A DNA stretch of 64,000 bases from an uncultured Ruminococcus sp. (GCA_964434325.1 CAYSUO010000001.1:16513-80512), one strand, 5' to 3'. Shown: positions 37,120 through 47,971, counted from the first letter of the stretch. Program-made: numbers and translations. Notes: a model not told the origin generated them from the sequence alone.

Positions 37120-37554
37120 ATGACTTCATGCAACGTATACGAAAAACTGTACAATAATACAAAATCAAAATTTTTAATAGTTAGCGACGATCGTGAATAT
37201 ACGCTTGGCGAATATATGCTGATGAAAGCCGAAAAAAAGAATGCGTTCTCTAAATTGCCTGTGAAATCGCAATCGCCAAAAAGCAAGGCTATAACCACGT
37301 TCTTTTCCTACGTCAACGATAAGCTGACCGTCAAAACGCCGCCGTCAGGGGATAGAATAATACGGAAGTTCCCTTTCAGGACCTCTGCCGCCGCGCTCCT
37401 TTCGGCAGTTCTCGTATGCACGCTCGTTTTGTCCTTCGGGCTGTTTTCGGGGAAAAACATTGCGGCGAACGATTCTATAAATTCCGATACGGAGATCGAG
37501 CTCGGCGAGGATGTCGACCTTATTCGCAACACTGACATAAATCGCGACGAATAA
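37120..37554 (+). CDS. 144-aa single-pass membrane protein occupying the ftsL position
   Basis: ATG 37120 after AAGGAGA. One TM segment at about aa 88-109 and a short acidic C-terminal tail. Not FtsL-like in topology. Confidence 0.5.
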   Translation: MTSCNVYEKLYNNTKSKFLIVSDDREYTLGEYMLMKAEKKNAFSKLPVKSQSPKSKAITTFFSYVNDKLTVKTPPSGDRIIRKFPFRTSAAALLSAVLVCTLVLSFGLFSGKNIAANDSINSDTEIELGEDVDLIRNTDINRDE

Positions 37555-37651
37555 TATCATCATATTTTTCCAAGCATTCAAATAAGATATAGAGACAGTG
37601 CACGCTACTCTATATCTTATTTTTTTATTCGTTACTCGTTCATGAGGTGTT

Positions 37652-39895
37652 ATGAAAAACAAAAGACTTAATTCCGAGCCCGAGATCGTCACGACGAGGA
37701 GGCGCATTTTCATTATCGCCATCGCATTTTTATCCTTTTGCGCCTATTTGATAACCAATCTTTTCAAGCTACAATACGTGAATTTTGCCTATTACGAAGG
37801 TCGAGTCTACGACCAGGTAACAACAACATCGGCGTTAAAGGCGAACAGAGGCAATATATACGACAGCTCGATGCGCCTTTTGGCGGGCTCTAAAACGGAG
37901 TGGCGCGTTTTTGTTTCAACGAGAGATATACGCTTGGCGGAAGAGGCGAGCGCTACGAATTACTCCGCCCTTATCGCCTCGGGGCTTTCGGAAATACTTG
38001 CTCTTGACTATGAAAGTCTATACTCTAAAATTAAAAACACGAAGGTGCTCGACGTAACGGTAAAAAACGGAGTTGAAACGCGGGAATACGAAAAAATCAT
38101 CGAATTTATTTGCAAAAACAGGCTTGAAGGGCTCATTTTTACCGAGGCTCAAAGCTCGAGATACTACCCCGCCTCAACCATGGCGGCGCACGTTCTCGGT
38201 TTTTGCGGAAGCGACAATCAAGGCTTGTACGGGCTTGAATATTACTACGATGACGTTCTTTCTGGAAAAGACGGATACTATCTTTATGCCAAAGATGCCA
38301 ACGGCTATACGTTGGACACGGAATATTCTTCGTATTTCCCTGCGGAAGATGGATATAGCATTGTGACGACCATTGATTCTTATTTACAAGCGGAGCTTGA
38401 AAACCAGCTTCAAGCTATAATAACCAATCACGGAGTTCAAAACAGAGCGACGGGCATAGCAATCAATACGGAAACTGGCGCCATACTTGCTATGGCGACC
38501 TCGTCACCATTCGATCCCAACAATCCCTATACACTTGACGAGCTGTCTCAAAAAAAGCTTGATGTAGCGGGATATACGGAAGGTGACGCAGAATATAAGG
38601 CATATAAAAAAGAGCTTCTCGAAACGATGTGGTCCAACAAGGCGATAAGCGAAACCTATGAGCCTGGCTCGACCTTTAAAATAATAACGGTGGCAACGGC
38701 TCTGGAGCTCGGCGTTGCTACAATGGGAGACCGATTTTCCTGCATCGGCTACTACGAGATCGGCGGATGGCATATCAAGTGCCACAAGCGCACAGGACAC
38801 GGCTCGGGCTTCACGCTTGCATACGGGCTTCAAATGTCCTGCAACCCGACGATGATGAAATTATCCGAGCGCATCGGAGCCGCGAACTTTTACGAAAGCG
38901 TTCAAAGCTTCGGCTACTTTGAAAAAAGCGGAATAGATCTGCCGAGCGAAGCGAGAACGATATTTCATGAGCTTGAAAATATCGGTCCCACGGAGCTAGC
39001 CACCGCTTCCTTCGGACAGAGATTCAAGGTCTCTATCATCAACCATTTGACCGCCATTTCCGCTGTTGCCAACGGAGGCTATCTCGTCACTCCGTATATA
39101 GTTGACAAAGTTATAGATTCCGATGGAAACGTCTTTTCTCAACATGAGACCGAGGTAAAGCGCCGCGTCATTTCCGAGAGCGTTGCAAGCGAGATATCGA
39201 AGGTGCTTGAAGAAGGCGTTAGCGGAGACGGCGGAGCAAAGAACGCCCGCGTAACAGGCTACAAGGTGGCGGCAAAAACGGGAACGTCACAAAAATTCGA
39301 TGTTTTGGACGAAAACGGAAATTCATATCTTCGTATTGGCTCGACCATTGCCTATGCCCCATCGGACGGAAATGCCATCGCTGTAATAATCGTCGTCGAT
39401 GAGCCGACATCGCAAATTAAATACGGAAGCTACGTTGCCGCACCGTACGTTGCCAATTTTCTATCGGCGGCACTTCCCTATCTCGGCTACGAGGCCTCTT
39501 CGGAAGTTGAGAACACGGAAACGGAAAAATACATCGGTCTGCATATCAATTCCGCTGTTCAAAAATTGAAATTGCTTAATTTGAATTACGAAATTGTGGG
39601 CGAAGGCGAATATGTTATCGACCAAACGCCGAGTGTTGGCACGGTCATCGATCCGTCGCTGGCAAAAATAATTCTCTATACGGAAGAGGTGGAAGACTTT
39701 GTTACCGTTCCTTCGTTTATAGGGCTTGATGCGGCGACTGCCAACAAGGCGGCGATAGATATAGGGCTCAACGTAAAATTAACGGGAAACGGCAGGAGCG
39801 GCAGCGTGACCGCGCAATCCCTTCCCGTCGGAGCGCTCGTAAAAAGAGGAACGATTATCGAGCTAAACGTTTTGATATGTGATTTTGAAGGTTAG
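37652..39895 (+). CDS. class B penicillin-binding protein (FtsI/PBP2B/SpoVD-like) with two PASTA domains
   Basis: N-terminal TM segment, dimerisation domain, STFK (PGSTFKIIT), KTGT, and two C-terminal PASTA-like repeats. Confidence 0.9.
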   Translation: MKNKRLNSEPEIVTTRRRIFIIAIAFLSFCAYLITNLFKLQYVNFAYYEGRVYDQVTTTSALKANRGNIYDSSMRLLAGSKTEWRVFVSTRDIRLAEEASATNYSALIASGLSEILALDYESLYSKIKNTKVLDVTVKNGVETREYEKIIEFICKNRLEGLIFTEAQSSRYYPASTMAAHVLGFCGSDNQGLYGLEYYYDDVLSGKDGYYLYAKDANGYTLDTEYSSYFPAEDGYSIVTTIDSYLQAELENQLQAIITNHGVQNRATGIAINTETGAILAMATSSPFDPNNPYTLDELSQKKLDVAGYTEGDAEYKAYKKELLETMWSNKAISETYEPGSTFKIITVATALELGVATMGDRFSCIGYYEIGGWHIKCHKRTGHGSGFTLAYGLQMSCNPTMMKLSERIGAANFYESVQSFGYFEKSGIDLPSEARTIFHELENIGPTELATASFGQRFKVSIINHLTAISAVANGGYLVTPYIVDKVIDSDGNVFSQHETEVKRRVISESVASEISKVLEEGVSGDGGAKNARVTGYKVAAKTGTSQKFDVLDENGNSYLRIGSTIAYAPSDGNAIAVIIVVDEPTSQIKYGSYVAAPYVANFLSAALPYLGYEASSEVENTETEKYIGLHINSAVQKLKLLNLNYEIVGEGEYVIDQTPSVGTVIDPSLAKIILYTEEVEDFVTVPSFIGLDAATANKAAIDIGLNVKLTGNGRSGSVTAQSLPVGALVKRGTIIELNVLICDFEG

Positions 39896-40031
39896 CACAG
39901 TTAATTTTCACTAAATCGAAATACGTTAACAAATTGAAATTTCCGTTATAGAGTTGGCACGAAATTGTAAGCCTATTTATGCGGAATTTTGATATAATCG
40001 CACGTCGCGCGAGGCGAAGAATGGGAGAGAC

Positions 40032-41540
40032 ATGAAGCTTTACGAGTTAGTATATGCCGACGAATATTTTTCCGAAGGCACGCCAGGAAACGAAGAGATA
40101 GAATTTATAAGCACCGATGAAGCGGATATTAGAGAAAATACGCTTTACGTTTTTATTGATAGTATAAAAAATATACAGGAAAAAATACTAAACTGTATAG
40201 AGCAAACTCCCCCGTCCGCCATCGTTTGCAAAAAAGGAGTGAAGCTCTTTCAAAAATGCCGAAACGTTTTATACGTCGATGACCCGAGAGAGGCTCTGAC
40301 GTATGCCTATTCGAGATTTTATAAAATAAACTATGCCTCAACAAAATTTATAGGCGTTACTGGCACCAACGGAAAAACGACCACCGCAACCCTGATAGCC
40401 AAAATCCTACGAGAAGCAGGAAATAAAACGGGTTTTATAGGAAGCGGCATTATAGAAACTGACGAGGGCAGAATGAACGAGCCAAAATATTCTATGACGA
40501 CGCCCGATCCTCAATTATTATATAAAGTGATAGCGGAAATGCAAGCACAGCAATGCTCCTATATAGTTATGGAGGTTTCAAGCCATGCACTTTTTTATAA
40601 AAAGGTGGCACCAATTCCGTTCTACGTTTCCGCATTTACAAATCTTTCGCCAGAGCACCTCGATTTTCATAAAACTCTGGAAGCATATTTTAAAACGAAG
40701 CTCGAACTATTTTCACAAACGCACATCGGAATTTTTAACGTTGATGATGCCTTCGGGCGAACAGCATACTCTGAGTCTCGGTGCGAGAAATTCGGCGTTG
40801 GTATTCTATGGGAGGCGGATGCCAACGCCACCGATATCAAAATGCTCGCATTTGAAGGGCACGAATTTATATACCGTGAAAAAAACTTTTCGTTCAAGCT
40901 GAAATCATCGCTTCTCGGCTCGTACAATATATACAACATACTGCTCGCGATAAAAGTCGCTCTTGTGGCGGGCATTAAGCCTTGCATAGCCAAGAAAGCA
41001 GTTGCTAATGTTGAAAAAATCGACGGAAGATTTGAAATAGTTGCCCATTCGCCGCTTATCATCATAGATTATGCACACACTGCATTGGCTTTTGAAACTG
41101 TACTAAAATCTTTAAAATCGCTAATAAATACGAGGCAGAAACTAATCGTTGTGTTTGGGTGCGGCGGGGAGCGCGACCGTGCGAAGCGGCCGCTTATGGG
41201 AGAATGCGCTGAACGCTACGCCGACGTTACGCTCATAACCTCGGACAATCCGCGCGGTGAGCCGCCGAATAACATTATAGCGGAAATAGCGAGCGGTTTT
41301 AAATGCGGCAAAGCGTATGAGATGATACCGACGCGAGAGGTGGCAATAAAAAGGGCTATTGCTCTCGCGCGGAAGGACGACGTTATTGCGCTTATCGGCA
41401 AGGGCCACGAACGCTATATGATAGATGCCTTAGGCTATCACCCCTTTGATGAACGCAAAATAATAAAAGCAGCGCTCGAAGAAAAAGCTAAGCGAGGGAA
41501 TGATGAGAATTGCACTCGGAATGCCGATAGCGATATGTGA
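40032..41540 (+). CDS. murE: UDP-MurNAc-L-Ala-D-Glu--2,6-diaminopimelate ligase
   Basis: Mur ligase P-loop GVTGTNGKTT. The DNPR motif is consistent with meso-DAP specificity. Confidence 0.9.
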   Translation: MKLYELVYADEYFSEGTPGNEEIEFISTDEADIRENTLYVFIDSIKNIQEKILNCIEQTPPSAIVCKKGVKLFQKCRNVLYVDDPREALTYAYSRFYKINYASTKFIGVTGTNGKTTTATLIAKILREAGNKTGFIGSGIIETDEGRMNEPKYSMTTPDPQLLYKVIAEMQAQQCSYIVMEVSSHALFYKKVAPIPFYVSAFTNLSPEHLDFHKTLEAYFKTKLELFSQTHIGIFNVDDAFGRTAYSESRCEKFGVGILWEADANATDIKMLAFEGHEFIYREKNFSFKLKSSLLGSYNIYNILLAIKVALVAGIKPCIAKKAVANVEKIDGRFEIVAHSPLIIIDYAHTALAFETVLKSLKSLINTRQKLIVVFGCGGERDRAKRPLMGECAERYADVTLITSDNPRGEPPNNIIAEIASGFKCGKAYEMIPTREVAIKRAIALARKDDVIALIGKGHERYMIDALGYHPFDERKIIKAALEEKAKRGNDENCTRNADSDM

Positions 41541-42864
41541 GATCGCCGAAGCTTTAATGATAAAAGCGAATACGGCAAAAAATGCCGTTATATCGCATTT
41601 GACAACGGATACGCGCGAAGCAAAAGACGGCGATCTTTTCGTTGCGTTGCGTGGTAAAGACGCGAGTGGAGAAGCGTATATCATAGACGCAAAAAGAAGG
41701 GGCGCGTATACACTCGCAAGCTGTTCGACGGCTGATTTGACATGCGACGATACGGAAAGCGCCCTGCTAAGTCTTGCGGGTCATTACAAAAGCAAGCTAA
41801 AAAAACTGAAATTCACCGTAGCGATTACGGGAAGCGTTGGAAAAACGACCACGAAGGATTTTTGCTCTGCTGTTTTAAAATCGAAGTACAGCGTGCATTC
41901 GACTTATAGGAATTATAACAATGCAATAGGCGCTTCCCTTTCGCTTCTTTCAGCGCCCGAGCTCACCGAAGCGCTCGTGTTGGAGCTTGGAATGAATCAT
42001 TTTGGCGAAATCAAAGCTCTTTCAGAAGCGCTGCATCCGACGCACGCGATAATAACGAATATTGGCAACGCGCATATAGGAAATTTCGGATCTCGCGAAG
42101 CCATAGCGCGCGCAAAGCTTGAAATCTTATGCGGAATGGACAGCGATCTGCTTTTCGTCCCCTACGAAGAAGAGCTTCTTCGCACTAAAACTAAGCTCAC
42201 ATTCTCATTTCTTTCAAAAGAAGCAAGCTTTTTTATGGAATTAAAAAACGATAAAATTCAGATACCGAACACGGTGACGTTTGCCGCGCCTAAGGAAATA
42301 TGGCGCCCTGGGGCAAAAAATGCGCTGTGCGCCTCTTTTGCGCTTGCAGCTCAGCTTGGATTTGAAGCTGCGGATTACATCCGTTCCGCAAGCTTCCTGA
42401 AAGCCGTCGAGCATAGGCAAAAGATTATCCGCATAGGTAAATTTAAAATCATAGATGACACTTATAGCTCTTCGCCCGAATCTGTGTATGAAAATTTAAA
42501 ATATATACGAGCAATATCAAACGGAAACTCCGTGAGCGCCGTGCTAGGCGATATGCTTGAATTGGGAGACGAGGCGAAAACTCTCCATGCTTCTATCGGG
42601 CGTTTTGCCGCTGAGTGCGGTTGCCGAAGCTTGTATCTCTTCGGCAAATACGCGGATTTTACACGGGAAGGCGCTCTTAACTTCGGTATGCCAAAAGAAA
42701 ATATTTTTATAAATCGCGAGCTCTCTCTACCACGGATTACGGCGAAGCAGGTATACGAACACGCGAACGAAAACGAGCTGATACTTATAAAAGCTTCTCA
42801 TGCGACAAGCGCCGAAAGAATAATATACGAATTGAAGGAATTGGAAAAGAAACATGCTCGATAA
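41500..42864 (+). CDS. murF: UDP-MurNAc-tripeptide--D-Ala-D-Ala ligase
   Basis: TDTREAKDGDLFVALRG and P-loop ITGSVGKTTT. Start uncertain among 41500, 41503 and 41521. Confidence 0.9.
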   Translation: MMRIALGMPIAICEIAEALMIKANTAKNAVISHLTTDTREAKDGDLFVALRGKDASGEAYIIDAKRRGAYTLASCSTADLTCDDTESALLSLAGHYKSKLKKLKFTVAITGSVGKTTTKDFCSAVLKSKYSVHSTYRNYNNAIGASLSLLSAPELTEALVLELGMNHFGEIKALSEALHPTHAIITNIGNAHIGNFGSREAIARAKLEILCGMDSDLLFVPYEEELLRTKTKLTFSFLSKEASFFMELKNDKIQIPNTVTFAAPKEIWRPGAKNALCASFALAAQLGFEAADYIRSASFLKAVEHRQKIIRIGKFKIIDDTYSSSPESVYENLKYIRAISNGNSVSAVLGDMLELGDEAKTLHASIGRFAAECGCRSLYLFGKYADFTREGALNFGMPKENIFINRELSLPRITAKQVYEHANENELILIKASHATSAERIIYELKELEKKHAR

Positions 42865-43840
42865 AAACTTTCCCTTTTACGTTTTAATCTTTTTCTTAAC
42901 GCTACTAATTACGGCAATGACCGAGCGGCGCATCATTCCGTTCTTGCGAAAAAAAGCCAAGCAGCCGATCTATGAAGGCGGACCCAAATGGCATATATCA
43001 AAAAGCGGCACGCCGACGATGGGAGGCTTGGCGTTTCTTATTGCCGCAAGCATTTCTCTTTTGATTGCTTCGCTTATTCTTTTTTGCGAAGAGCAAGCTA
43101 AGGAAGCGATTTCATTACTTTTAACGCTCGCTTTCGCAATCGCCAACGCCTGCATAGGCTTGTTCGACGATATGACTAAATTGAGAAAAAAAGAGAACGC
43201 AGGTTTAACGCCACGCCAAAAGATAATTTTGCAATTTATATGTTGCTTGATTTTTCTTGCAAGTAGGCACTTTTTGCTCGGAGCAACGACCTCGATATAT
43301 TTTTCGTTTGGAAAACTCGAGCTTGGATATTTTTATTATCCGCTCGCAATATTTATATTGCTCGGCTTGATAAATTCCGCCAATCTGACCGACGGAATAG
43401 ACGGCTTAGCCTCGTCCGTAGCCTTTTCGATAGGAACGGTTGTTTTTTATATATCGGTATCACTTAATGCGACGCTCGCCTTTATCGCATCCGCGATGAT
43501 AGGAGCCTCCGTAGGCTTTCTCTTCTTCAATATGCACCCTGCAAAAATATTTATGGGAGATACAGGCTCGCTTTTTCTCGGAGCTCTCGTTTCCGCTTCA
43601 TCTCTCGTTATGGACAATCCGCTGATAATGCTACTCATTGCCTCGGTTTACGTCATCGAAGGCGCTTCGGTGGTCATTCAGGTGTTCATCTATAAAATGA
43701 CCAAGAAAAGAGTTTTCAAGATGGCGCCGCTTCATCATCACTTGGAGCGTTGCGGCTTCACGGAAAACAAAATTTGCCTTTGCGCAATATTCACGACGTT
43801 TATATGTGCGCTCCCCGCTTATATTTTTTATCTTCCTTGA
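42854..43840 (+). CDS. mraY: phospho-N-acetylmuramoyl-pentapeptide transferase
   Basis: Polytopic membrane protein with NLTDGIDGLA and MGDTGSL motifs. Confidence 0.95.
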   Translation: MLDKNFPFYVLIFFLTLLITAMTERRIIPFLRKKAKQPIYEGGPKWHISKSGTPTMGGLAFLIAASISLLIASLILFCEEQAKEAISLLLTLAFAIANACIGLFDDMTKLRKKENAGLTPRQKIILQFICCLIFLASRHFLLGATTSIYFSFGKLELGYFYYPLAIFILLGLINSANLTDGIDGLASSVAFSIGTVVFYISVSLNATLAFIASAMIGASVGFLFFNMHPAKIFMGDTGSLFLGALVSASSLVMDNPLIMLLIASVYVIEGASVVIQVFIYKMTKKRVFKMAPLHHHLERCGFTENKICLCAIFTTFICALPAYIFYLP

Positions 43841-43856
43841 ACGGAGATTCAAAGCT

Positions 43857-45002
43857 ATGACGGCTTTTTTCAAGCAGGACTCAAAAAGAAAGTCAAGGAA
43901 TGCGGATATACCTACCTTAATATTGGTCGTTCTTTTAGCTTCCTTTGGAACGGCAATGGTTTTCAGCGCAGGAAGCGCCTACGCTTTCGCGAGATATAAC
44001 GACAGCTATTATTTTATAAAACGCCAAGCGCTATGGCTCTGCTTGGGGCTAAGCTGTATGCTCGTGGCATCGCGAATACCAGTAAGCTACTTCAAAAAAG
44101 CCACCCCGTGGTTATACGGGGGCACAATCGTTTTGCTTATGCTCGTCCTTCTGATCGGCTTCGTTGGAAACGGGGCAAAGCGCTGGATAACGATTGGCCC
44201 CTTAACCATACAGCCCTCGGAGATAGCGAAGCTTACGATGATAATGATGCTGGCTAATTATTTCTCCAATTATAAGTCGGCGCGCGAAAAAAAGACTCGT
44301 GGCGACATATTAAAATACGGGACGATCATCCCGCTTGCTATTATGCTCGTCCCTATAATTCTCGTTATGCTTCAAAAACATCTATCCTGCATAATTATTC
44401 TCGGGCTCTTAGGGCTTGCCGTCACCGTTATTGCAGGTGTCGATACTCGATATATTCGATTCTGTTGTGGACTCGGTGGCGCATTTATCACCGCCTTCGC
44501 ACTGTTTACAGACTACACAAAAGAGCGAATTACGGTTTGGCGCAACCCAGAAGCGTATAAGCTTACGGGCGGATGGCAAACTCTGCAAGGACTTATGGCG
44601 ATAGGCTCAGGCGGGCTTTTTGGATTGGGCTACGGGAACAGCATAATGAAGCATTGCTACGTTTCGGAGCCCGCCAACGATATGATATTCGCAATACTTT
44701 GCGAGGAGCTGGGTTTTACGGGAGCAATAAGCGCCTTATTCCTATTTTCGTTGCTTATAGGAAGAGGCTTCGTTATAGCTCTAAGAAGCAGAGATACGTA
44801 TGCAAGGCTCGTCGCCTTTGGAATAAGCGCAAAAATGGCTATCCAGGTACTTTTAAACGTCGCGGTCGTTACGAACTCGATACCCAACACGGGCATTTCT
44901 CTTCCCTTTTTCAGCTACGGCGGATCGTCGCTCATAATGCTGTTTTTTGAAATGGGTATGCTGTTGTCAATTTCGAGAGAAGCTAATATAAGCAAGCTTT
45001 AA
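43857..45002 (+). CDS. ftsW: SEDS family peptidoglycan polymerase FtsW/SpoVE
   Basis: Ten-TM SEDS pattern with PNTGISLPFFSYGGSS. Start trimmed to ATG 43857 after ACGGAG. Confidence 0.9.
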   Translation: MTAFFKQDSKRKSRNADIPTLILVVLLASFGTAMVFSAGSAYAFARYNDSYYFIKRQALWLCLGLSCMLVASRIPVSYFKKATPWLYGGTIVLLMLVLLIGFVGNGAKRWITIGPLTIQPSEIAKLTMIMMLANYFSNYKSAREKKTRGDILKYGTIIPLAIMLVPIILVMLQKHLSCIIILGLLGLAVTVIAGVDTRYIRFCCGLGGAFITAFALFTDYTKERITVWRNPEAYKLTGGWQTLQGLMAIGSGGLFGLGYGNSIMKHCYVSEPANDMIFAILCEELGFTGAISALFLFSLLIGRGFVIALRSRDTYARLVAFGISAKMAIQVLLNVAVVTNSIPNTGISLPFFSYGGSSLIMLFFEMGMLLSISREANISKL

Positions 45003-45213
45003 TAGCATAAAGCGCAAAGCTATTATCCTACAACTGATAGCTTACAGCGATATGCGGGCAAGCTTAATTACCAACTTTAACGCCAAGGCGCGTGCTACGA
45101 CGTTTTACATAATTCAAAAGGGACAAACAAAGTATAAGAAAGGCGCTATTTGAAGCTTCCTTCTTATGCATTTTCGCGCTACGCTCCTCTTGGGCGGCGG
45201 AATGGAGAGCTAT

Positions 45214-46317
45214 ATGAAAATTTTATTATGCGGAGGCGGAACGGGAGGGCATATAACTCCCGCTTTGGCGATAGCAGAATATTTTAGTGAGCATTATAAA
45301 GACGCCGAGCTCCTATTCGTTGAAAGAAGGGGCGGAGCCGAAAACGCACCGATAATCGAAAAGGGATACAAATTATGCGAGCTGGAAATCGCTGGTATAG
45401 AAAGGAAGCTCAGCATAAAAAATTTTCATAATCTCCTGCTTGCGGTCAAGGCGCTTAGAAAAAGCAGGAGAATAATAAAAGAGACGGCTCCCGATGCGGT
45501 CATAGGAACGGGCGGCTACGTTTCTTGGCCTGTTATCCGAGCTGCACAGCTACGCAAGATACCGACCTATATCCATGAATCGAACGCCGCGCCTGGGCTC
45601 GTAACGAAGCTACTTGCCGCAAAATGCAAAACGGTGTTTTTAAATTCGGAGGAAGCGCTCCAAGGCTTAAAGCGTAAGGACAACGTAGAGCTCGTTGGCA
45701 ATCCTGTACGCAAGGCGTTTCTATGCACCGACAGAAATTTTGCGAGAAAAAAGCTCGGCGTTTTACCGAACGAATTTTTTATAATTTCACTTGGTGGGAG
45801 CGGCGGCTCGGCGCATATCAACGAGGTCATCGTTGATATGATATCAAATTACAGCTCGAAGCGGAGAGATATAAAGCATTTTCATGCAACGGGACGCAAG
45901 CGCTTTGAAGCCGTGTCGAAAAAGTTCAAAAAGAGTAGCAATGTGCTCATTGCCCCGTATTTCAACGATATGCCAATATTATTAAACGCCTGTGATGTCG
46001 TTATTTCAAGGAGCGGCGCTATGACGCTCGCTGAAATAACGGCGGCGGGAGCAGCGTCAATCTTGATTCCTTCCCCAAACGTTACGGGCGATCATCAATT
46101 AAAAAATGCAAAAAGCTTGGAGAAGCGGCGCGGCGCTATCATAATTGAAGAAAAGGAGCTAAACGCGAATATTCTGATCCAAAAAATTGAGGAGCTGAAA
46201 AGCGATACAAAAAAACGAAACGCACTTCGCATAAACGCCCGCGGATGCTTCAAAGCGGACGCCGAAATGGCGATATGCGACACGATTATACGCGATATTG
46301 GAGAGTGTGATAAATAG
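45214..46317 (+). CDS. murG: undecaprenyldiphospho-muramoylpentapeptide beta-N-acetylglucosaminyltransferase
   Basis: GGGTGGHITPALA N-terminus. Start trimmed to ATG 45214 after GGCGGCGGAATGGAG. Confidence 0.9.
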   Translation: MKILLCGGGTGGHITPALAIAEYFSEHYKDAELLFVERRGGAENAPIIEKGYKLCELEIAGIERKLSIKNFHNLLLAVKALRKSRRIIKETAPDAVIGTGGYVSWPVIRAAQLRKIPTYIHESNAAPGLVTKLLAAKCKTVFLNSEEALQGLKRKDNVELVGNPVRKAFLCTDRNFARKKLGVLPNEFFIISLGGSGGSAHINEVIVDMISNYSSKRRDIKHFHATGRKRFEAVSKKFKKSSNVLIAPYFNDMPILLNACDVVISRSGAMTLAEITAAGAASILIPSPNVTGDHQLKNAKSLEKRRGAIIIEEKELNANILIQKIEELKSDTKKRNALRINARGCFKADAEMAICDTIIRDIGECDK

Positions 46318-46423
46318 GATTCTGTGAAGCACCGAAAGTTTTGTTCATAAATCGCGTTCTGCTCGGTATTTTATGATATTTTTCGACTAAAATGTGAACA
46401 ATTCAGCAAATTTCAAAAATTAC

Positions 46424-46452
46424 TTGCATTTGATGAAAATTCCCATTATAAT
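46424..46452 (+). promoter_or_regulatory. ftsZ promoter TTGCAT-17-TATAAT (about 215-nt leader)
   Basis: TTGCAT 46424-46429, 17-nt spacer, TATAAT 46447-46452. Confidence 0.6.
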
Positions 46453-46669
46453 ATTTATATATAAATATTTAAGTTAAAATGAAGAATTTACGCTGATATC
46501 ATCGCTCGGAGCAACGGTATAGCTTGAATGATGGCATGCGCCGCTAAAATGCTCAAAGCCAAGAAGCATACCTTTCATTTCTTTCGCGCAAGGTCATCAC
46601 GGCGGACGATCGATTCGGCAAATTTCAAAAATATTTGTGCCGCTCTTCGCGGCAGAACGGAGCGATAAA

Positions 46670-47914
46670 ATGGAATTTGATTTTGAGCAAGTCTACGATT
46701 CGGGTGTAAATATAAAGGTTATCGGCGTCGGCGGGGGCGGCAACAACGCTGTCAACCGTATGATATCGACGAATATTCGTGGCGTTGAATTTATAGCCGT
46801 AAATACAGACAGTCAGGCGCTTGACATTTCTTGCGCGGCGAAGAAGCTCGTTATAGGCGATAAAATAACCAAGGGCAAAGGAGCGGGCTCTAATCCTGAC
46901 GTTGGTAAACGCAGTGCTGACGAATCGATTGAAGAAATCAAAGCCCTGCTTCAAGATGCCGATATGGTGTTTGTAACCGCGGGTATGGGCGGCGGAACGG
47001 GAACTGGCGCGGCACCTGTGATAGCCAAAGCGGCGCGCGATATGAACATATTGACCGTTGGAATAGTTACCAAGCCTTTCACCTTTGAAGGTCAAAGAAG
47101 AATGCGCCAAGCCGAAGCGGGAATAAACGAGCTGGCAAAATTCGTGGATTCTCTCATAGTTATCCCCAACGAGCGCTTGAAAAAGATAGAGGGGGCGAGC
47201 CTCACCTTTGCAAACGCTTTTGAGATAGCGGACGATGTTTTACGGCGCGGAGTTCAATCGGTTTCGGATCTTATAAACGTCCCAGGCTTTATCAATCTTG
47301 ATTTTGCCGACGTTACGACGATAATGAAGGGCGCGGGCTACGCGCACATGGGTGTTGGCTCGGCGAAAGGCACTGACAAAGCGAAGCTGGCGGCAAACGC
47401 CGCTATAACCTCGCCTCTGCTTGAAACGAGCATCGCGGGTGCGACGGGAGTTATTATATGCATTACCGCTTCCCCTGATGTACAGCTCGATGAGGTTTCT
47501 TTGGCATCGGAGCTTATAAGCGAGGAGGCTCATCCCGACGCGAACATAATTTGGGGCGCCAATCTCGATCCTACGATGGAGGACGAGATAAGGGTTACAG
47601 TCATAGCGACGGGCTTTGACAATGCGATTGACAGAAACGTCAAAGAGGCACTTGACGAAATTTCCGAAAAGCGCCAAGCAGAAACCGAAGATTACGATGC
47701 GATCGTAGAAACAGAGATAAGTTCCTACAAACAGGAAGAGGCTACCGTCGTATACGATGAGCCGAAGGAAGAGAAAAGATCGACAATCGTTTATCCGCAG
47801 GAAAGAACGCAGGAGACAATCGTTAACACCATTTCTTCGCGCGACGCGGAAGAGGACGAGGACGCGATGTACGACGACCTTTTCGCAAGCATAAAGAAGA
47901 AGAGCAAAAGGTAA
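46670..47914 (+). CDS. ftsZ: cell division protein FtsZ (long acidic C-terminal linker)
   Basis: [13 protein letters not shown] and tubulin signature [11 protein letters not shown]. Start trimmed to ATG 46670. Confidence 0.95.
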   Translation: MEFDFEQVYDSGVNIKVIGVGGGGNNAVNRMISTNIRGVEFIAVNTDSQALDISCAAKKLVIGDKITKGKGAGSNPDVGKRSADESIEEIKALLQDADMVFVTAGMGGGTGTGAAPVIAKAARDMNILTVGIVTKPFTFEGQRRMRQAEAGINELAKFVDSLIVIPNERLKKIEGASLTFANAFEIADDVLRRGVQSVSDLINVPGFINLDFADVTTIMKGAGYAHMGVGSAKGTDKAKLAANAAITSPLLETSIAGATGVIICITASPDVQLDEVSLASELISEEAHPDANIIWGANLDPTMEDEIRVTVIATGFDNAIDRNVKEALDEISEKRQAETEDYDAIVETEISSYKQEEATVVYDEPKEEKRSTIVYPQERTQETIVNTISSRDAEEDEDAMYDDLFASIKKKSKR

Positions 47915-47971
47915 GACAACCGAATTGCTAAAAGGTGGGGCTGTTGCATTTAAACAGAACCAACCGAAAAA

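Noticed and set aside
45051-45152. 33-aa ORF in the ftsW-murG spacer
   Set aside because: No RBS and no recognisable features. Likely a chance ORF.
46528-46668. 46-aa basic upstream ORF ending 1 nt before the ftsZ ATG
   Set aside because: No SD within range of its ATG and non-protein-like basic composition. Could be tested by Ribo-seq but is not supportable from sequence.
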